Assembly: GCA_040767085.1 (NCBI GenBank)
Contig: JAXGPF010000005.1
Span: 128,001 to 192,000 of the forward strand
Source: Kiritimatiellia bacterium
GTDB taxonomy: Bacteria; Verrucomicrobiota; Kiritimatiellia; JAAZAB01
Length of the DNA stretch: 64,000 nt
Direction: 5' to 3'
Each line of letters starts with the position of its first letter. The first letter of the stretch is position 1. Under the pieces are notes generated by a model. The model made no database searches. It saw only the letters and a program-made list of their open reading frames with translations, and was not told the DNA's origin. The position numbers and the translations under genes are program-made. Below are positions 1 to 10,403 of the stretch, one piece after another.

Positions 1-2185
1 CGCGTTTATGGGTGCCGGAGTATATTTCCGCCATTGGCACAATCCAGATTGGCTTGTTGACGGCTTTGCTTTGGGCCGACATCTGGGCGGTAATTTTTGA
101 TACGGCATTGGGCGAGGTGTAGATTTGCGGCGGACCCGCCGGCGTCCAGTATGGATCGGCCCCGAAAACGTCGCACCAGGCCGTGCCTTTCTGCAGATCG
201 GGAATAATGCCGCCGCTGCCATACAGTAGAAATACCGGATGGTATCCGTCATGGCGGTTAATGGTTTCGTAGATCAGGCGGCACCCCTCCATGACCACGT
301 GAAACACCGGCGGATGCGGTTCATCAATGCTGTAATATCCCAGCAGGTTGGGATAATCCCGGACTTCCTCCACCGCCTTGATCAATGGCGGCAAATTCGA
401 CTGCACGGCGCCGCGGAACAGGCTCAACCGCCGGGCGGCATCTTCCTCGATGGTGCCGGCTTTGATCCGGCGCTTGAAATTGTCCTTGATGTGAATCAGG
501 CGATGCGGACCGAACTGCGACGGATTGGCTATCACCGCGAGATTGTATTTCCGCGCCGTTTCCAGAAAAAGCGCCTCTTCATGCACATCCTTGTGGTTGT
601 AATTCCAGCGAACCAGGCAGTTGAATCCGCCTGCGGCAATTTTTTTGAATTGGGCTTCCTGGTCGGAACGGAGCATTTCGGCCATAAATCCCATCGGGAA
701 AAACGGCTGGTCGTTTTTCACGATAGCCCGGCGGATCGGATCAATTTTCACCTCGCACCCGGGCTTTGGCACTTTTTTTACCAATGTTATTTCGCCGCGA
801 TACAACAAAGCGCCGTTCAGGCGGCGTAATTCCACGGGCAGCGAGTTGCTCCCCAGCGGGATATCTGACAACGGCAATTTTAAAAGTGTTTCAGCGCTCA
901 ATTTTTCCTGTCTGACCAGCGCCTTTTGCGCGCCTGGAAGCCAGACCGTCGCAACGAGTTTATCAAGTTCCGCGGCGGGGATGTTCACGCGGCATAACAC
1001 ATTCGCCGCGGTTTCCGCCGTATAATAATTGCGATCTGGAACCGGCGGCGGCATGACAACCAGATTATCCGTTCCTTCAGGCTTGACCTTTTGCAATATC
1101 TCGCCGGTGGCGGGATCGCGCAACATCACCTGCACTTGCCTGGCCGCGGGGATACCGACCGGAACTGTCATGGTCATGTTCCATCGCGCATGGCCGTTAA
1201 AATAAAGATTTGTCGTAATCAACGCGTTTGCGCCATGCGATGGCTGATCATCAACCGCCAGCGTGACCGCGCCGGCGGCATCGCTGTAGCCGGCCAGGGC
1301 CATGCGGATCGGATAGTTAAACTGGCCGTTGTCAATCTGATAGGGATCGCACCGTGCGGCGGCAATCCACGGCAGCAGCGGGGTTTTAATTGCTCCGAGT
1401 TTTTCAAGATGGATATTTCCGAATTGCCGGAACTCGTTGAAGCTGGCGGCCACCGGCGCCCATGTTAAGGGAATGGATGTCACGCTGATCTTAACTCCGC
1501 CTTCATTGAATTCCGTGATGACCGCGGTCCGGCCGATGTTGCCGCGCAAGCCCGCCAAGCCCTGCCCCCGGTCAATGGCGCAAAGCGGGATCGCCATCTC
1601 CGCGTTCCATCCGCCGGGAGTTGCAAGAGCCGCTGATCGCCAGGGTATGTTCCATCCACGCTGAAGACCGGCGGCGGCATGCTGCATGCCATCGGCTTGA
1701 ATATCCGCGAAGGTCAGCCGGAATTGGAAGATATTAGTTTCGGAACCGCCGGGGTACAGATACAATTCTACCGAATCATCCATGGCCGTCAGGTGGTGAT
1801 CGCGTTCGAAAGCGTGCTGCTCCAGCGACAATGGTTCGGGATGGGCGCAGACAAAGGCCAGATAAAGCCAGGCATCGTCATGGACCATATGCACGTGCGT
1901 GGCAATTTCCGGCGTTGCCCTTTTGCCGGCAATTGGATGCAGCATGACCGGAGCGGCGGCCGACCAGCAACTATCGGTCAAGACGCCGTCAATCCGCGGC
2001 GGGAAAGCGCAGGCCGGCGCATGATAGTCCGGCGGGGCCGGCGCGTCAACGCCGCCGGCAGAACATGGGAACGCCCACCAGCATGCCGCGACAAACAAAA
2101 ACATGGCAAAGCGGGATCGTTTTTCCGGAATATCCAAGCAGGGATGAATTCCAGCGGATGACACCACGACAATTTTCTTATTCAT
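1..2185 (-). CDS. Partial (runs off window start) large carbohydrate-active protein: N-terminal CBM9-like sugar-binding domain plus probable glycoside hydrolase TIM-barrel
   Basis: Absent from the ORF track because no stop lies inside the window. Manual translation from ATG 2185 (MNKKIVV...) is open to base 1 and contains PPRIDGVLTDSCW...WLYLAFVC...DDSVELYL...GWNAEMAIP (CBM9-like) and NDQPFFPMG...GFN...YPNLLGYYSIDEP (GH-A-like). It lies 41 bp downstream of the PL8 gene on the same strand. Confidence 0.7.
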   Translation of the reverse strand, partial: MNKKIVVVSSAGIHPCLDIPEKRSRFAMFLFVAACWWAFPCSAGGVDAPAPPDYHAPACAFPPRIDGVLTDSCWSAAAPVMLHPIAGKRATPEIATHVHMVHDDAWLYLAFVCAHPEPLSLEQHAFERDHHLTAMDDSVELYLYPGGSETNIFQFRLTFADIQADGMQHAAAGLQRGWNIPWRSAALATPGGWNAEMAIPLCAIDRGQGLAGLRGNIGRTAVITEFNEGGVKISVTSIPLTWAPVAASFNEFRQFGNIHLEKLGAIKTPLLPWIAAARCDPYQIDNGQFNYPIRMALAGYSDAAGAVTLAVDDQPSHGANALITTNLYFNGHARWNMTMTVPVGIPAARQVQVMLRDPATGEILQKVKPEGTDNLVVMPPPVPDRNYYTAETAANVLCRVNIPAAELDKLVATVWLPGAQKALVRQEKLSAETLLKLPLSDIPLGSNSLPVELRRLNGALLYRGEITLVKKVPKPGCEVKIDPIRRAIVKNDQPFFPMGFMAEMLRSDQEAQFKKIAAGGFNCLVRWNYNHKDVHEEALFLETARKYNLAVIANPSQFGPHRLIHIKDNFKRRIKAGTIEEDAARRLSLFRGAVQSNLPPLIKAVEEVRDYPNLLGYYSIDEPHPPVFHVVMEGCRLIYETINRHDGYHPVFLLYGSGGIIPDLQKGTAWCDVFGADPYWTPAGPPQIYTSPNAVSKITAQMSAQSKAVNKPIWIVPMAEIYSGTHKR

Positions 2186-2226
2186 AACAAATCCTTTGCC
2201 GCGGAAACATGCCAGGTCGTCCGCCC

Positions 2227-4449
2227 TCAGCGCGCCGGATTCACCGGCAACCGCAGGGTGATGGTCTGACTTGATCCGGCATAGTCATCTTCCGGCAGAT
2301 GCACAATCATGGATAGCATGGCATTGCCGCGCAAGGATATTCTGCGAGTTTGCCCGCGGCGGCCCGTATGCAATTGCGCGGCGGCAAGCTGTTTCCCTTC
2401 CAGGCCCATGCGCGCTGTCGGCTGCGGAGCAGGATCCGCATAAGTGAGTTTGATCATATTGTCTTCCCGGGGGTGATACAGGACAATCAATGGCGCTTCG
2501 GCAGTCAATATCATTCCATCCGGGAAAGTAATTTCCCCGTCTTCGTAAAAAACCGCATGCCCACGTTTTTCACCGGCGTGCCATACGGATTGCAGCCCGG
2601 GCGTATTTGAAAGAATCTGAATATTAGTCAACGGATAATCAAAGCAATTTTCGGCGGTGCTGTCGGACAGGATCGCATATGCATATGTATCGCCGGCTGG
2701 TTTGACGCCGTGCATTATCTCAAGTATGAAAAGGGGCACGGCGATTTTATCCTTGCTGCCCACGCCGCAATTCGACCATGCCCCTTCCCGGGTGACGGCT
2801 TGCATATAAGCATTTCCCTGGAGCAGGAGATAGCCGAAACCATCATGCCAGACCCGCTCTCCCGCCGGAATTTTGCGCTTTAACTCCTCCTGGTATTCCC
2901 CATCGCCCAGGCGAAGCTTGCCGCGCCGCCGGCATTGATTGATGGTGGTTGACACCGAGGCAGGTCCCGTGGATGAGATATCACTGCCAAGGGCGAGCAT
3001 GATGTCTTCGAAGAAAAACCAGCTTTTCTTGGCTTTCACGACATTGCGTGAAAAATCGGTTGCGGCGCATCCCGCCATGCCGTCGCTTGCCCCGCCGGCA
3101 AACGCCTTCTCGCCGAACGAGCGGAGCTCCGCTTTGGCGTAATCGGTCGCCGTTCCGCCAATTGTCGCGCCGGGAATATTGCGCCAGCCCCAGGCGGGGA
3201 AAACATCACGGTACTCCTCGCCGTCACGCATCATGAAAGTCGCGCCATCGGCCATATGATGGCAAACCCGGCCTTCACCCCCGCAACAGGCGTCGTCATT
3301 ATTGAGCAGGCGGCTGCTGTGCATGCGCGCGGACAGAAAATAACCCGGGCGTTGATGGATCATCAAATCCGAGCACCAGAAATACTTGTTGCCGGAAATC
3401 AGGCATTGCGGCGGCGAATCCATGCTCCCGGTGTTTTGAAATATATCCTGGCGCGGCACATCCAGGCGGGACATGTATTGACACGCGCGGTAAAAACGGT
3501 TCGCATCATGGCCGGCCCGCGATATTTCACGGCCCACGGCGCCGTAATAAAATGTCCGCCCGCGCACCATCCAGCGCGATCCGTCCAGAATCAAATTTTC
3601 CAGCAATTGCATTTTATGCTGCGGCAGGGCGAAGTGCGTGCCGTGCGCGACCCATGCCAGGCAGGCGACATCGTTGACAAAACCCTGGCCATAGCCGCCG
3701 GAGTAAAGCAGTTTGCCGTGCTGATGGAATGACATGTCCGGCTGAATGCCTTCTTCATCCGGGGCAACATATATTTCCCGCGCTATTTGCCGGCAACCCT
3801 CGCTGATATATCTGGGCCTGTACGCCAGGAGGCCATGCTTGACGCGAATGCCTGAAACCCATATTAAATTTTCGCCGGTATAACGCACGGCCGGCTGGTG
3901 CGACTCCAAGGCAGGAAAGGCCTGTTCGACCAAGGTCCAGGGAGCATCCGGGGCGGCATACAACAGCACATCGGCCAGGAAATCAGGCGCGCCGATTTTC
4001 ATCCACCACCAATTCGGATTTACCGGGTTGCGCTGGTACCAGTATGCAAGCCCGCGGTGAATTGCGGTTCGAAGCGCGGCATTGCCTTTCCACGTTGCAT
4101 TGCCTTTGTAATATGCGCGCGCAAAAACAAGAAGCCGGAAAAGATGCCGGCCCGCATCCCAGTCCTTCAACTGCTGGTCGCCGTAATTTATGTCCGGCCA
4201 GGCGCCATCCGCCTGCTGCGTTTTCAGGCAGGCGGCGAGATCAGGAACGCTTTCCTCGGCAACCTGCTCGTTGAAAGTCAGCATGGAATCACTGCAAATG
4301 CGTGTCCGCATCAGTTCCATGGCGTCACGGTCCCGCTGGGGAAGAGAAATTTTCTGGCCATACGCTTGCCAGGATTCGGCCCTGGCTTCAAAACCGGAAA
4401 AGAGCAACATAACAGGCACCATCGCCGGAAAAATCATCAAGTATTTCAT
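2227..4449 (-). CDS. Polysaccharide lyase family 8 (chondroitin AC/hyaluronate lyase-like), secreted
   Basis: Signal peptide from MKYLMIF (ATG 4449). Motifs NWWWMKIG, TGENLIW, GIQPDMSFHQHG-LLYSGGYG, GREISR, WRNIPGAT and AKKSWFFF are typical of PL8. Confidence 0.9.
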   Translation of the reverse strand: MKYLMIFPAMVPVMLLFSGFEARAESWQAYGQKISLPQRDRDAMELMRTRICSDSMLTFNEQVAEESVPDLAACLKTQQADGAWPDINYGDQQLKDWDAGRHLFRLLVFARAYYKGNATWKGNAALRTAIHRGLAYWYQRNPVNPNWWWMKIGAPDFLADVLLYAAPDAPWTLVEQAFPALESHQPAVRYTGENLIWVSGIRVKHGLLAYRPRYISEGCRQIAREIYVAPDEEGIQPDMSFHQHGKLLYSGGYGQGFVNDVACLAWVAHGTHFALPQHKMQLLENLILDGSRWMVRGRTFYYGAVGREISRAGHDANRFYRACQYMSRLDVPRQDIFQNTGSMDSPPQCLISGNKYFWCSDLMIHQRPGYFLSARMHSSRLLNNDDACCGGEGRVCHHMADGATFMMRDGEEYRDVFPAWGWRNIPGATIGGTATDYAKAELRSFGEKAFAGGASDGMAGCAATDFSRNVVKAKKSWFFFEDIMLALGSDISSTGPASVSTTINQCRRRGKLRLGDGEYQEELKRKIPAGERVWHDGFGYLLLQGNAYMQAVTREGAWSNCGVGSKDKIAVPLFILEIMHGVKPAGDTYAYAILSDSTAENCFDYPLTNIQILSNTPGLQSVWHAGEKRGHAVFYEDGEITFPDGMILTAEAPLIVLYHPREDNMIKLTYADPAPQPTARMGLEGKQLAAAQLHTGRRGQTRRISLRGNAMLSMIVHLPEDDYAGSSQTITLRLPVNPAR

Positions 4450-4621
4450 AATGTTACACAGGGATATTTTGAAATTGGCCCATCTGATCATAAACGCCAT
4501 ACAGCCGCCGGCCCGCATTCCAATAAGTTAATCATCAAATGTTTATCAATCATCCACGCCGTATTTCCTGCAAACGACATCATGCTTTTGTAATAAAATA
4601 GCACTGCCGCCAAAAAAAGCA

Positions 4622-5533
4622 ATGGACGTTTTGGCGGCATTTGGTATATTTTGCCGGATGAAAATTGCGCCTGTGACCTTTACCCAGCTTTCCATCACGC
4701 CGCAGGGTTATTTCCGGCGATTTTACTACATGTACCAGCGTTTTTTGCCGCAATTTCTGCCGGTGCATCACATCTATTATTACCCCCGCAAGGATACTGC
4801 CTTAAACTGGCCCCGGGGCGCCGCCGGTTGTTTTACCGTTTGCCTGATTCTAAGCGGCCAAGGAGAATTCTGCTTTGCCGGAAAGTCATGGCGGATGGAA
4901 GCACCTTTTGCCGCAACCCTCTGGCCGGGTGTACCCTTGCGTTTTATCCCCGACAAAACATGGGAAGAATTTTCGATTTCCTACGCCGCGGGCGATTTGC
5001 CAAAGTTGCAGCAATGGAAAATCGCTTCAAGGCAACGGCCTTGCTGGCAGATCGGCGGCCAGCTTGAGCTTCAGTATCATCTTAACCATATCGGCAAATT
5101 ACTCGCCCGCCCCGATGCGTTTGGGCAAACCGACCGCCTGGATATATCCTGCCTGCAGTTGATTACGGAAACCGTTCTCAGCCGCGAATCTCCGAAGATG
5201 CCGGCCGCCAACACAAAAATCGTCCGGGAAATTGAACATCAAATCGCCGCCATGCTGCCCGCGAAACCGGACTGGCCCGGACTGGCGGCCAAACACGGCT
5301 TGTCTCATTCAATTTTCCGCCGACTATGGAACCAGGTTTATTCCGAGCCGCCGGCGCGATATGCGCTCCGCCTGAAAATTGAGGAAGCGTGCCGCCTGTT
5401 GCGCGAAACGGACCTGCTGATCAAAGAGATTGCCGAGCGCCTGGAATTTTCGGATCAGTATTATTTTTCGAAGCAATTCCGCCGCTATGTAGGCCTTAGC
5501 GCCAAAGCCTATCGTCAATCTCAAATGACATGA
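4622..5533 (+). CDS. AraC-family transcriptional regulator
   Basis: N-terminal cupin-like region and C-terminal double HTH (IEEACRLLRETDLLIKEIAERLEFSDQYYFSKQFRRYVGLS). Divergent from PL8. Start uncertain (4622/4658/4730). Confidence 0.9.
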   Translation: MDVLAAFGIFCRMKIAPVTFTQLSITPQGYFRRFYYMYQRFLPQFLPVHHIYYYPRKDTALNWPRGAAGCFTVCLILSGQGEFCFAGKSWRMEAPFAATLWPGVPLRFIPDKTWEEFSISYAAGDLPKLQQWKIASRQRPCWQIGGQLELQYHLNHIGKLLARPDAFGQTDRLDISCLQLITETVLSRESPKMPAANTKIVREIEHQIAAMLPAKPDWPGLAAKHGLSHSIFRRLWNQVYSEPPARYALRLKIEEACRLLRETDLLIKEIAERLEFSDQYYFSKQFRRYVGLSAKAYRQSQMT

Positions 5534-5618
5534 AAGATTCATGGCAACATCAAAACAGTGCGGGAGGGCCAAGCCATCGTATCTCAATACCACCCCGTCC
5601 TGACCGCCGAGCAACGCA

Positions 5619-6893
5619 ATGACCGCCACCGATTCTCAACCGCCTCCGTCCCGATGTTTTTTTAAAATTCCCGCCACCTTCCGGGCGCTCACCTTCCCAA
5701 ACTACCGTTACATGTGGCTGGGCCAGTTGGGACACTCAGCGGCCATCTGGATGGAACAGGTCGTGCGGCCCCTGCTCATGCTCGAATTGACCGGCGCGCC
5801 GATCCAGGTCGGACTGGTGGTGGCGGTGCGGATGGCGCCCCAGTTGCTTTTCGGGCTGCTGGCCGGGGCGGCGGCCGATCGTTATGACAAGCGCCGGATT
5901 CTGCTGGCCACGCAGTGGATCACCCTCTCCATGCACCTGGTCCTGGCCGTCCTGATCCTGGCCGGCAAGCTGGCCATCTGGCATGTTTTCGTCACCGCAT
6001 TTGTCGCCGGCGCCTCAATGGCCTTCAACCAGCCGGCCCGGCAATCCATGATCCCGCGCCTGGTGCCGGCCGACGCCCTGTTAAACGCCATCGCCCTGAA
6101 CACCATGGCCATTAACATCATGCGCGTCTTGGGCGCCAGCCTGGCGGGGATTTTGCTGGTCTTTCTGGACTATGGCCAGGTTTACCTGATGAACGCCATA
6201 ATCTTCATATATGTCATCTGGGCCACGGCCAGAATCACGCTTAAGGAAACGCCCAGGACCAACCGCCTGGCGCCGGCCGGCATGGCGCCCAACCTGCTGC
6301 ATGACCTGCTGGCGGGATTCCGCTACATGCTGGCTAATCCCACGGTCTTGCACCTGGTGGGACTGGCGCTTGTGATTTTCGTCATCGGACAACCCTACCA
6401 GCAGGTATTCGTGCCGCTGCTGGCCCTGGATGTCCTGAAAATCGGGCGGTCCGGCGCCGGCGGCCTGCTGGCCTGCGTGGGCGTGGGCGCCCTGATCGGC
6501 TCGCTGGCGATCGCCTCCCTCCAGAAACTGCCCCGCCGCGGCCTGATTTTAATGGCTGCCATCGTGGCCTACGGGATGGCGTTGCTGTTGCTGGCATACA
6601 GCCGGTCGGTCTGGCTTTCATCCGCGGCCCTCATCGCCGCCGGCATCCTGACCACCGCCTACAACTCGCTGAACGTCTCGCTGCTCGTGGAAAAATCCGC
6701 GGCGGATTATCACGGCCGGGTATTGAGCCTCTTGAGCCTGGACCGGGGCCTGGTATCGGTCGGCGCCGTGATAGCCGGCGTGCTGGCGCAATTTTTCGGA
6801 CCCCGGATCGGTTTGGGCATCGTCGCCCTGGCCTGCATCGCCATGACCCTGCTGATCTACTATCTTGCGCCGCCGCTCCGGAAAATCAAATAA
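5619..6893 (+). CDS. MFS transporter (EntS/H+ antiporter-like)
   Basis: About 12 hydrophobic segments; motif A (GAAADRYDKRRIL) and PARQSMIPRLV. Confidence 0.9.
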   Translation: MTATDSQPPPSRCFFKIPATFRALTFPNYRYMWLGQLGHSAAIWMEQVVRPLLMLELTGAPIQVGLVVAVRMAPQLLFGLLAGAAADRYDKRRILLATQWITLSMHLVLAVLILAGKLAIWHVFVTAFVAGASMAFNQPARQSMIPRLVPADALLNAIALNTMAINIMRVLGASLAGILLVFLDYGQVYLMNAIIFIYVIWATARITLKETPRTNRLAPAGMAPNLLHDLLAGFRYMLANPTVLHLVGLALVIFVIGQPYQQVFVPLLALDVLKIGRSGAGGLLACVGVGALIGSLAIASLQKLPRRGLILMAAIVAYGMALLLLAYSRSVWLSSAALIAAGILTTAYNSLNVSLLVEKSAADYHGRVLSLLSLDRGLVSVGAVIAGVLAQFFGPRIGLGIVALACIAMTLLIYYLAPPLRKIK

Positions 6894-7701
6894 TGCCGGC
6901 GCCGGTTGACAATTCGCCGGAATGCACGGTCATCCGCCCGCATCGCGCGCAATCGAAGGCCAGCGTGCCGTCGCGGTTGAGGTCGGCAATCCGCCCGATA
7001 TGTTCACCATCGGCGGCCTGCAGCCGGAAGGTTTGATCCAGCCCGGCAAGCAAGTCCCGCACCGCACTGTAAATCCCGGCGAAACCCTGCCGCCCGAAAA
7101 CCGCCAATACCTCCCGCAGTTCATCGAGGAAATGTTCCAGAACCGCCTGCGGTTCATATGCGCGGCCGACCGCCTGCGCCATGGAAGCCGCGGGCCGATC
7201 AATTCCCGCCAAATCCGCCGCGCCGCTGTTCAGATTCAGCCCTACCCCGGCCACCACCGCATCCGCCGGGGGGCGCCGGACAACTTCGCACAAAATCCCG
7301 CAGACTTTACATCCGCCCAACAACACGTCATTCGGCCACTTGAGGGATGGCGCCAGGTCCTGTTTTTGAAGCAGGCGGCACACCGCCAGGGCGGTTGCCT
7401 GCGGAAAATTAGGCAAACTCATCCGGCGCAAATCGGCGCGCATGTCCTGCAATGGCAGGAGGATGGAAAAACTCAAGTCCCGGCCCGGCGCGGCCAGCCA
7501 GGCGCGGCCGAAGCGGCCGCGTCCCGCCGTCTGCGCCCGGGCCCAGACGACGCTGTAATCCGGGAAGGCGGCGTGGTGCTGCATCAGAAAAGTGTTGGTG
7601 GATTCCAGTGTTTCGTAAATATATACGCGAAATGGACCGCGCTGGAAGTCCGGCGCGCGCGGTCCGGCGGCAGGCGAATCGTCTGGTATCCCATTTGTCA
7701 T
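6886..7701 (-). CDS. birA: Biotin--[acetyl-CoA carboxylase] ligase (no N-terminal HTH)
   Basis: STN, QTAGRGRFGRAW, LKWPNDV, KVCGILCE and GVGLNL motifs. Start approximate. Confidence 0.93.
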   Translation of the reverse strand: MTNGIPDDSPAAGPRAPDFQRGPFRVYIYETLESTNTFLMQHHAAFPDYSVVWARAQTAGRGRFGRAWLAAPGRDLSFSILLPLQDMRADLRRMSLPNFPQATALAVCRLLQKQDLAPSLKWPNDVLLGGCKVCGILCEVVRRPPADAVVAGVGLNLNSGAADLAGIDRPAASMAQAVGRAYEPQAVLEHFLDELREVLAVFGRQGFAGIYSAVRDLLAGLDQTFRLQAADGEHIGRIADLNRDGTLAFDCARCGRMTVHSGELSTGAGII

Positions 7702-7819
7702 CCACTGGCAAAATAACAGCTTTGCCGCGCGGCGCAAGCGGGAAATGCGATAGAGCTTGCGCCGCATATTGCTGTTCAGCTAGACTTTGTGTTTTTACGA
7801 CGCTCAGTCCGGTTCAAAC

Positions 7820-9184
7820 ATGATCTTCAAACCTAAACCCGGCCATGCCAACTTGACGGAAGTCGGCATTCTGACCGGCATCCGCCGCCTGGCGATGCCC
7901 ATGCTGATCGGCGCCCTGCTGCAAAATCTCCAAAGCCTGATAGACCTGTTCTGGGTCGGGCGGCTGGGCCACACGGCCATTGCCGGGGTGGCGCTCGGGG
8001 GCGCGGTAATCATGCTGCTGTTTCCGGGCCTGATGGGCCTGTCCACCGGCACCGTGGCGATGGTGGCGCGGGCGACAGGCGCCCGCCAGCCGGAAGCCGC
8101 CGGCACGGCGGCGGCGCAGTCGTTGATCATGGCCGGCATCCTGGGCGTGCTGGTGGGCGTCGGGGGATGGTGGCCGGCTGACGCGCTGCTGCGCCTGCTG
8201 GGCGCCGGCCCGGACGTCCTGGCGCCGGGCGGCATTTATTTAAAAATATCACTCCTGGGCAGCGTCACCGTCTTCATTTTATTCATCGGCAACGCCGCGC
8301 TCCAGGGCGCCGGCGACACCCTGACCCCCATGTATATCATGGCCGCGAGCAATGTGCTGAACATCGTCCTGGATCCGCTATTCATCTTCGGCCTCGGCCC
8401 GCTCCCGCCGCTGGGCGTGGCCGGAGCGGCCATCGCCACGATCATTTCCCAGGCCCTGGCGGCGGTCATGCTGCTGCTGGTGCTGTTGAACGGCCATGGC
8501 CCGCTCCATCTCCGACGCCGTTATTGGAAGCTGCGTCCGGACCTGGCCTGGCGGATTGTCCGGATCGGCATCCCGGGCTCGGGTCAGATGTTGAGCCGCA
8601 GCTTGATGGGAGCGGTGATTATGCGGATCGTCGCCCGCTGCGGCACCACCGCGGTGGCCGCCTATGGCACCGGCCTGCGGTTTCACATGATTATCCTGAT
8701 GCCAGCCTTCGCCTTGGGCGCCGCGGCCGCTACGCTGACCGGCCAGTACCTGGGCGCCGGCCGGCCGGAGCGGGCGCGCCGGGCAGCCTGGGCCGCCACG
8801 GCCATTGACATGGTTTTCATGCTCCTGGCCGCCGTACTCATGATCCTCTTCGCTCCTGCCTTGATCCGCCTGTTCAATGACCATCCCGACGTCGTTGCCA
8901 TCGGCGCGGAATATCTGCGGGTAGTATCGCCATTTTATGTTTTCGCGGCGCTGGGCATCGTGCTCAGCCGCGCGCTCCAGGGCGCCGGCGACACCCTGAT
9001 GCCCATGGTGATCACCATCCTGACGCTCTGGGGCTTGCAGGTGCCCGCGGCTGTCTGGCTCGCGCGCACCTGGCAGCCGCCCACCCAGGGCATCTGGATC
9101 GCCATGGCCGCCACGTTTGTGCTGCAGGGATTGTTGACGGCCGCCTGGTTCGAAACCGGCCGGTGGAAGAAAACCCGGGTATAA
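7820..9184 (+). CDS. MATE-family efflux transporter
   Basis: Two internally repeated halves (LQGAGDTLTPM / LQGAGDTLMPM); NIVLDPLFIFG and GVAGAAIAT motifs. Confidence 0.93.
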   Translation: MIFKPKPGHANLTEVGILTGIRRLAMPMLIGALLQNLQSLIDLFWVGRLGHTAIAGVALGGAVIMLLFPGLMGLSTGTVAMVARATGARQPEAAGTAAAQSLIMAGILGVLVGVGGWWPADALLRLLGAGPDVLAPGGIYLKISLLGSVTVFILFIGNAALQGAGDTLTPMYIMAASNVLNIVLDPLFIFGLGPLPPLGVAGAAIATIISQALAAVMLLLVLLNGHGPLHLRRRYWKLRPDLAWRIVRIGIPGSGQMLSRSLMGAVIMRIVARCGTTAVAAYGTGLRFHMIILMPAFALGAAAATLTGQYLGAGRPERARRAAWAATAIDMVFMLLAAVLMILFAPALIRLFNDHPDVVAIGAEYLRVVSPFYVFAALGIVLSRALQGAGDTLMPMVITILTLWGLQVPAAVWLARTWQPPTQGIWIAMAATFVLQGLLTAAWFETGRWKKTRV

Positions 9185-9190
9185 TTGCCG

Positions 9191-10324
9191 CTAAAAAACG
9201 ATCAGCAGGACGGCTAACGCCAACATGGCCGCGGCCATCAGCAACTTCGCCCGCACTACGTTTTGCCGGCCCCAGTCCGCGAGCCGGCCGCCGGACGCCT
9301 GCCAGCGGGCCGCCAGCGCAAAAACCAGCGCGGGCGGCAAGACGAACATCAGGTTGTACAGCAGCAGCAAGCCCCATACCCGCGCGCCGGCCGGCTGGCG
9401 GCTGAGGTAAAACAATACCGGCCCGTAAATCTGGCCGGTGCAGGGCGCCTCCAGCAACGTCACCAGCGCGCCCGCGGCAAACAGGCCGAGCCCCGTCCGC
9501 GCATCGGCCGCCATCCCCCAGCGCGCCAGGCGGCGCGCGCGCTCGCGCAGGCGGACCGGCAATTGCAGCCGCAATAACTCCGGCCGACCAGTGGTTTGAA
9601 ATACCCAGGCATCGCGCAGCGATAACGCGGCCAGCAGGACCAGGGCAGCCGCCCAGCCCCAGCGCAAGGATTCCCCCAGCCAGCGCCAGGCCGCCAACCT
9701 GGTGAATATGCGCAGGATGCCCAAGCCCAGCAGGAGATACGCCGCAAATACCCCCGCGCAGAAACAAAATCCGCTGAACCACCAGGCCGCTGAACGCCGC
9801 CCGCGCAATGCCAGCAGGCTGGCAAGAAAAATTATGGTCGTGAAGGCGCAGGGATTGATGCCATCCGCCAGCCCCGCCGCCAGCACGGCTCCCGCGCCCA
9901 TGCCGCGCGCGAAGCGCAGGGCGGCATCCTCGCGGCCGGCCGGCAGCGCCGGCGGCGCGGCCGCATCCGCCGCCAAACCGTCCAATTCCGCCAGGCAGGC
10001 CAGCAGCCGGCTTTCGATTGCCTGCCGCCCGCCCAGATAAACACGCTGATTCAAAACCGCCGCGACCGGGTGGGTATCGGTTACGCCCAACACCTGCTGC
10101 CATTCCAGCAACCGCCGCAACCCGGCGTCTTCCCGCAAGTCATATTCCCGCACCGCGACCTCCGGAAACGCCAGGCGCGCATCAGCCAGCGTGACATGCC
10201 GCACCGCCTGGCAATCCGGGCAATCCCCGTCGTAAAAAAATTCCAGCGATGCCGGGCCGGCGGCCGCCAGGCCGGCCGCCGCCGCCCAGAACAAAATTGA
10301 TATTAGCGGTATAAATATTTTCAT
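9191..10324 (-). CDS. Thioredoxin-like (CxxC) domain fused to CcdA/DsbD-type transmembrane domain
   Basis: Signal peptide, FFYDGDCPDC, then GLADGINPCAF, LLEAPCTGQIY and LLLYNLMFVLP, typical of cytochrome c biogenesis CcdA-like membrane domains. Confidence 0.8.
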   Translation of the reverse strand: MKIFIPLISILFWAAAAGLAAAGPASLEFFYDGDCPDCQAVRHVTLADARLAFPEVAVREYDLREDAGLRRLLEWQQVLGVTDTHPVAAVLNQRVYLGGRQAIESRLLACLAELDGLAADAAAPPALPAGREDAALRFARGMGAGAVLAAGLADGINPCAFTTIIFLASLLALRGRRSAAWWFSGFCFCAGVFAAYLLLGLGILRIFTRLAAWRWLGESLRWGWAAALVLLAALSLRDAWVFQTTGRPELLRLQLPVRLRERARRLARWGMAADARTGLGLFAAGALVTLLEAPCTGQIYGPVLFYLSRQPAGARVWGLLLLYNLMFVLPPALVFALAARWQASGGRLADWGRQNVVRAKLLMAAAMLALAVLLIVF

Positions 10325-10403
10325 TGCGCCGCGGTTGACTGGTGGTAGAATTTTTTCAAGCAACGCTGGTGGAGTTTATCAGAATATTCCCGGAAATCAA
10401 ATC

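Noticed and set aside
239-2161. Plus-strand ORFs 239-829, 621-1025, 1091-1468 and 1679-2161
   Set aside because: Antisense shadows of the long minus-strand gene 1-2185.
8296-8999. ~29-bp direct repeat within the MATE gene
   Set aside because: Explained by the two homologous halves of MATE proteins (ALQGAGDTL).
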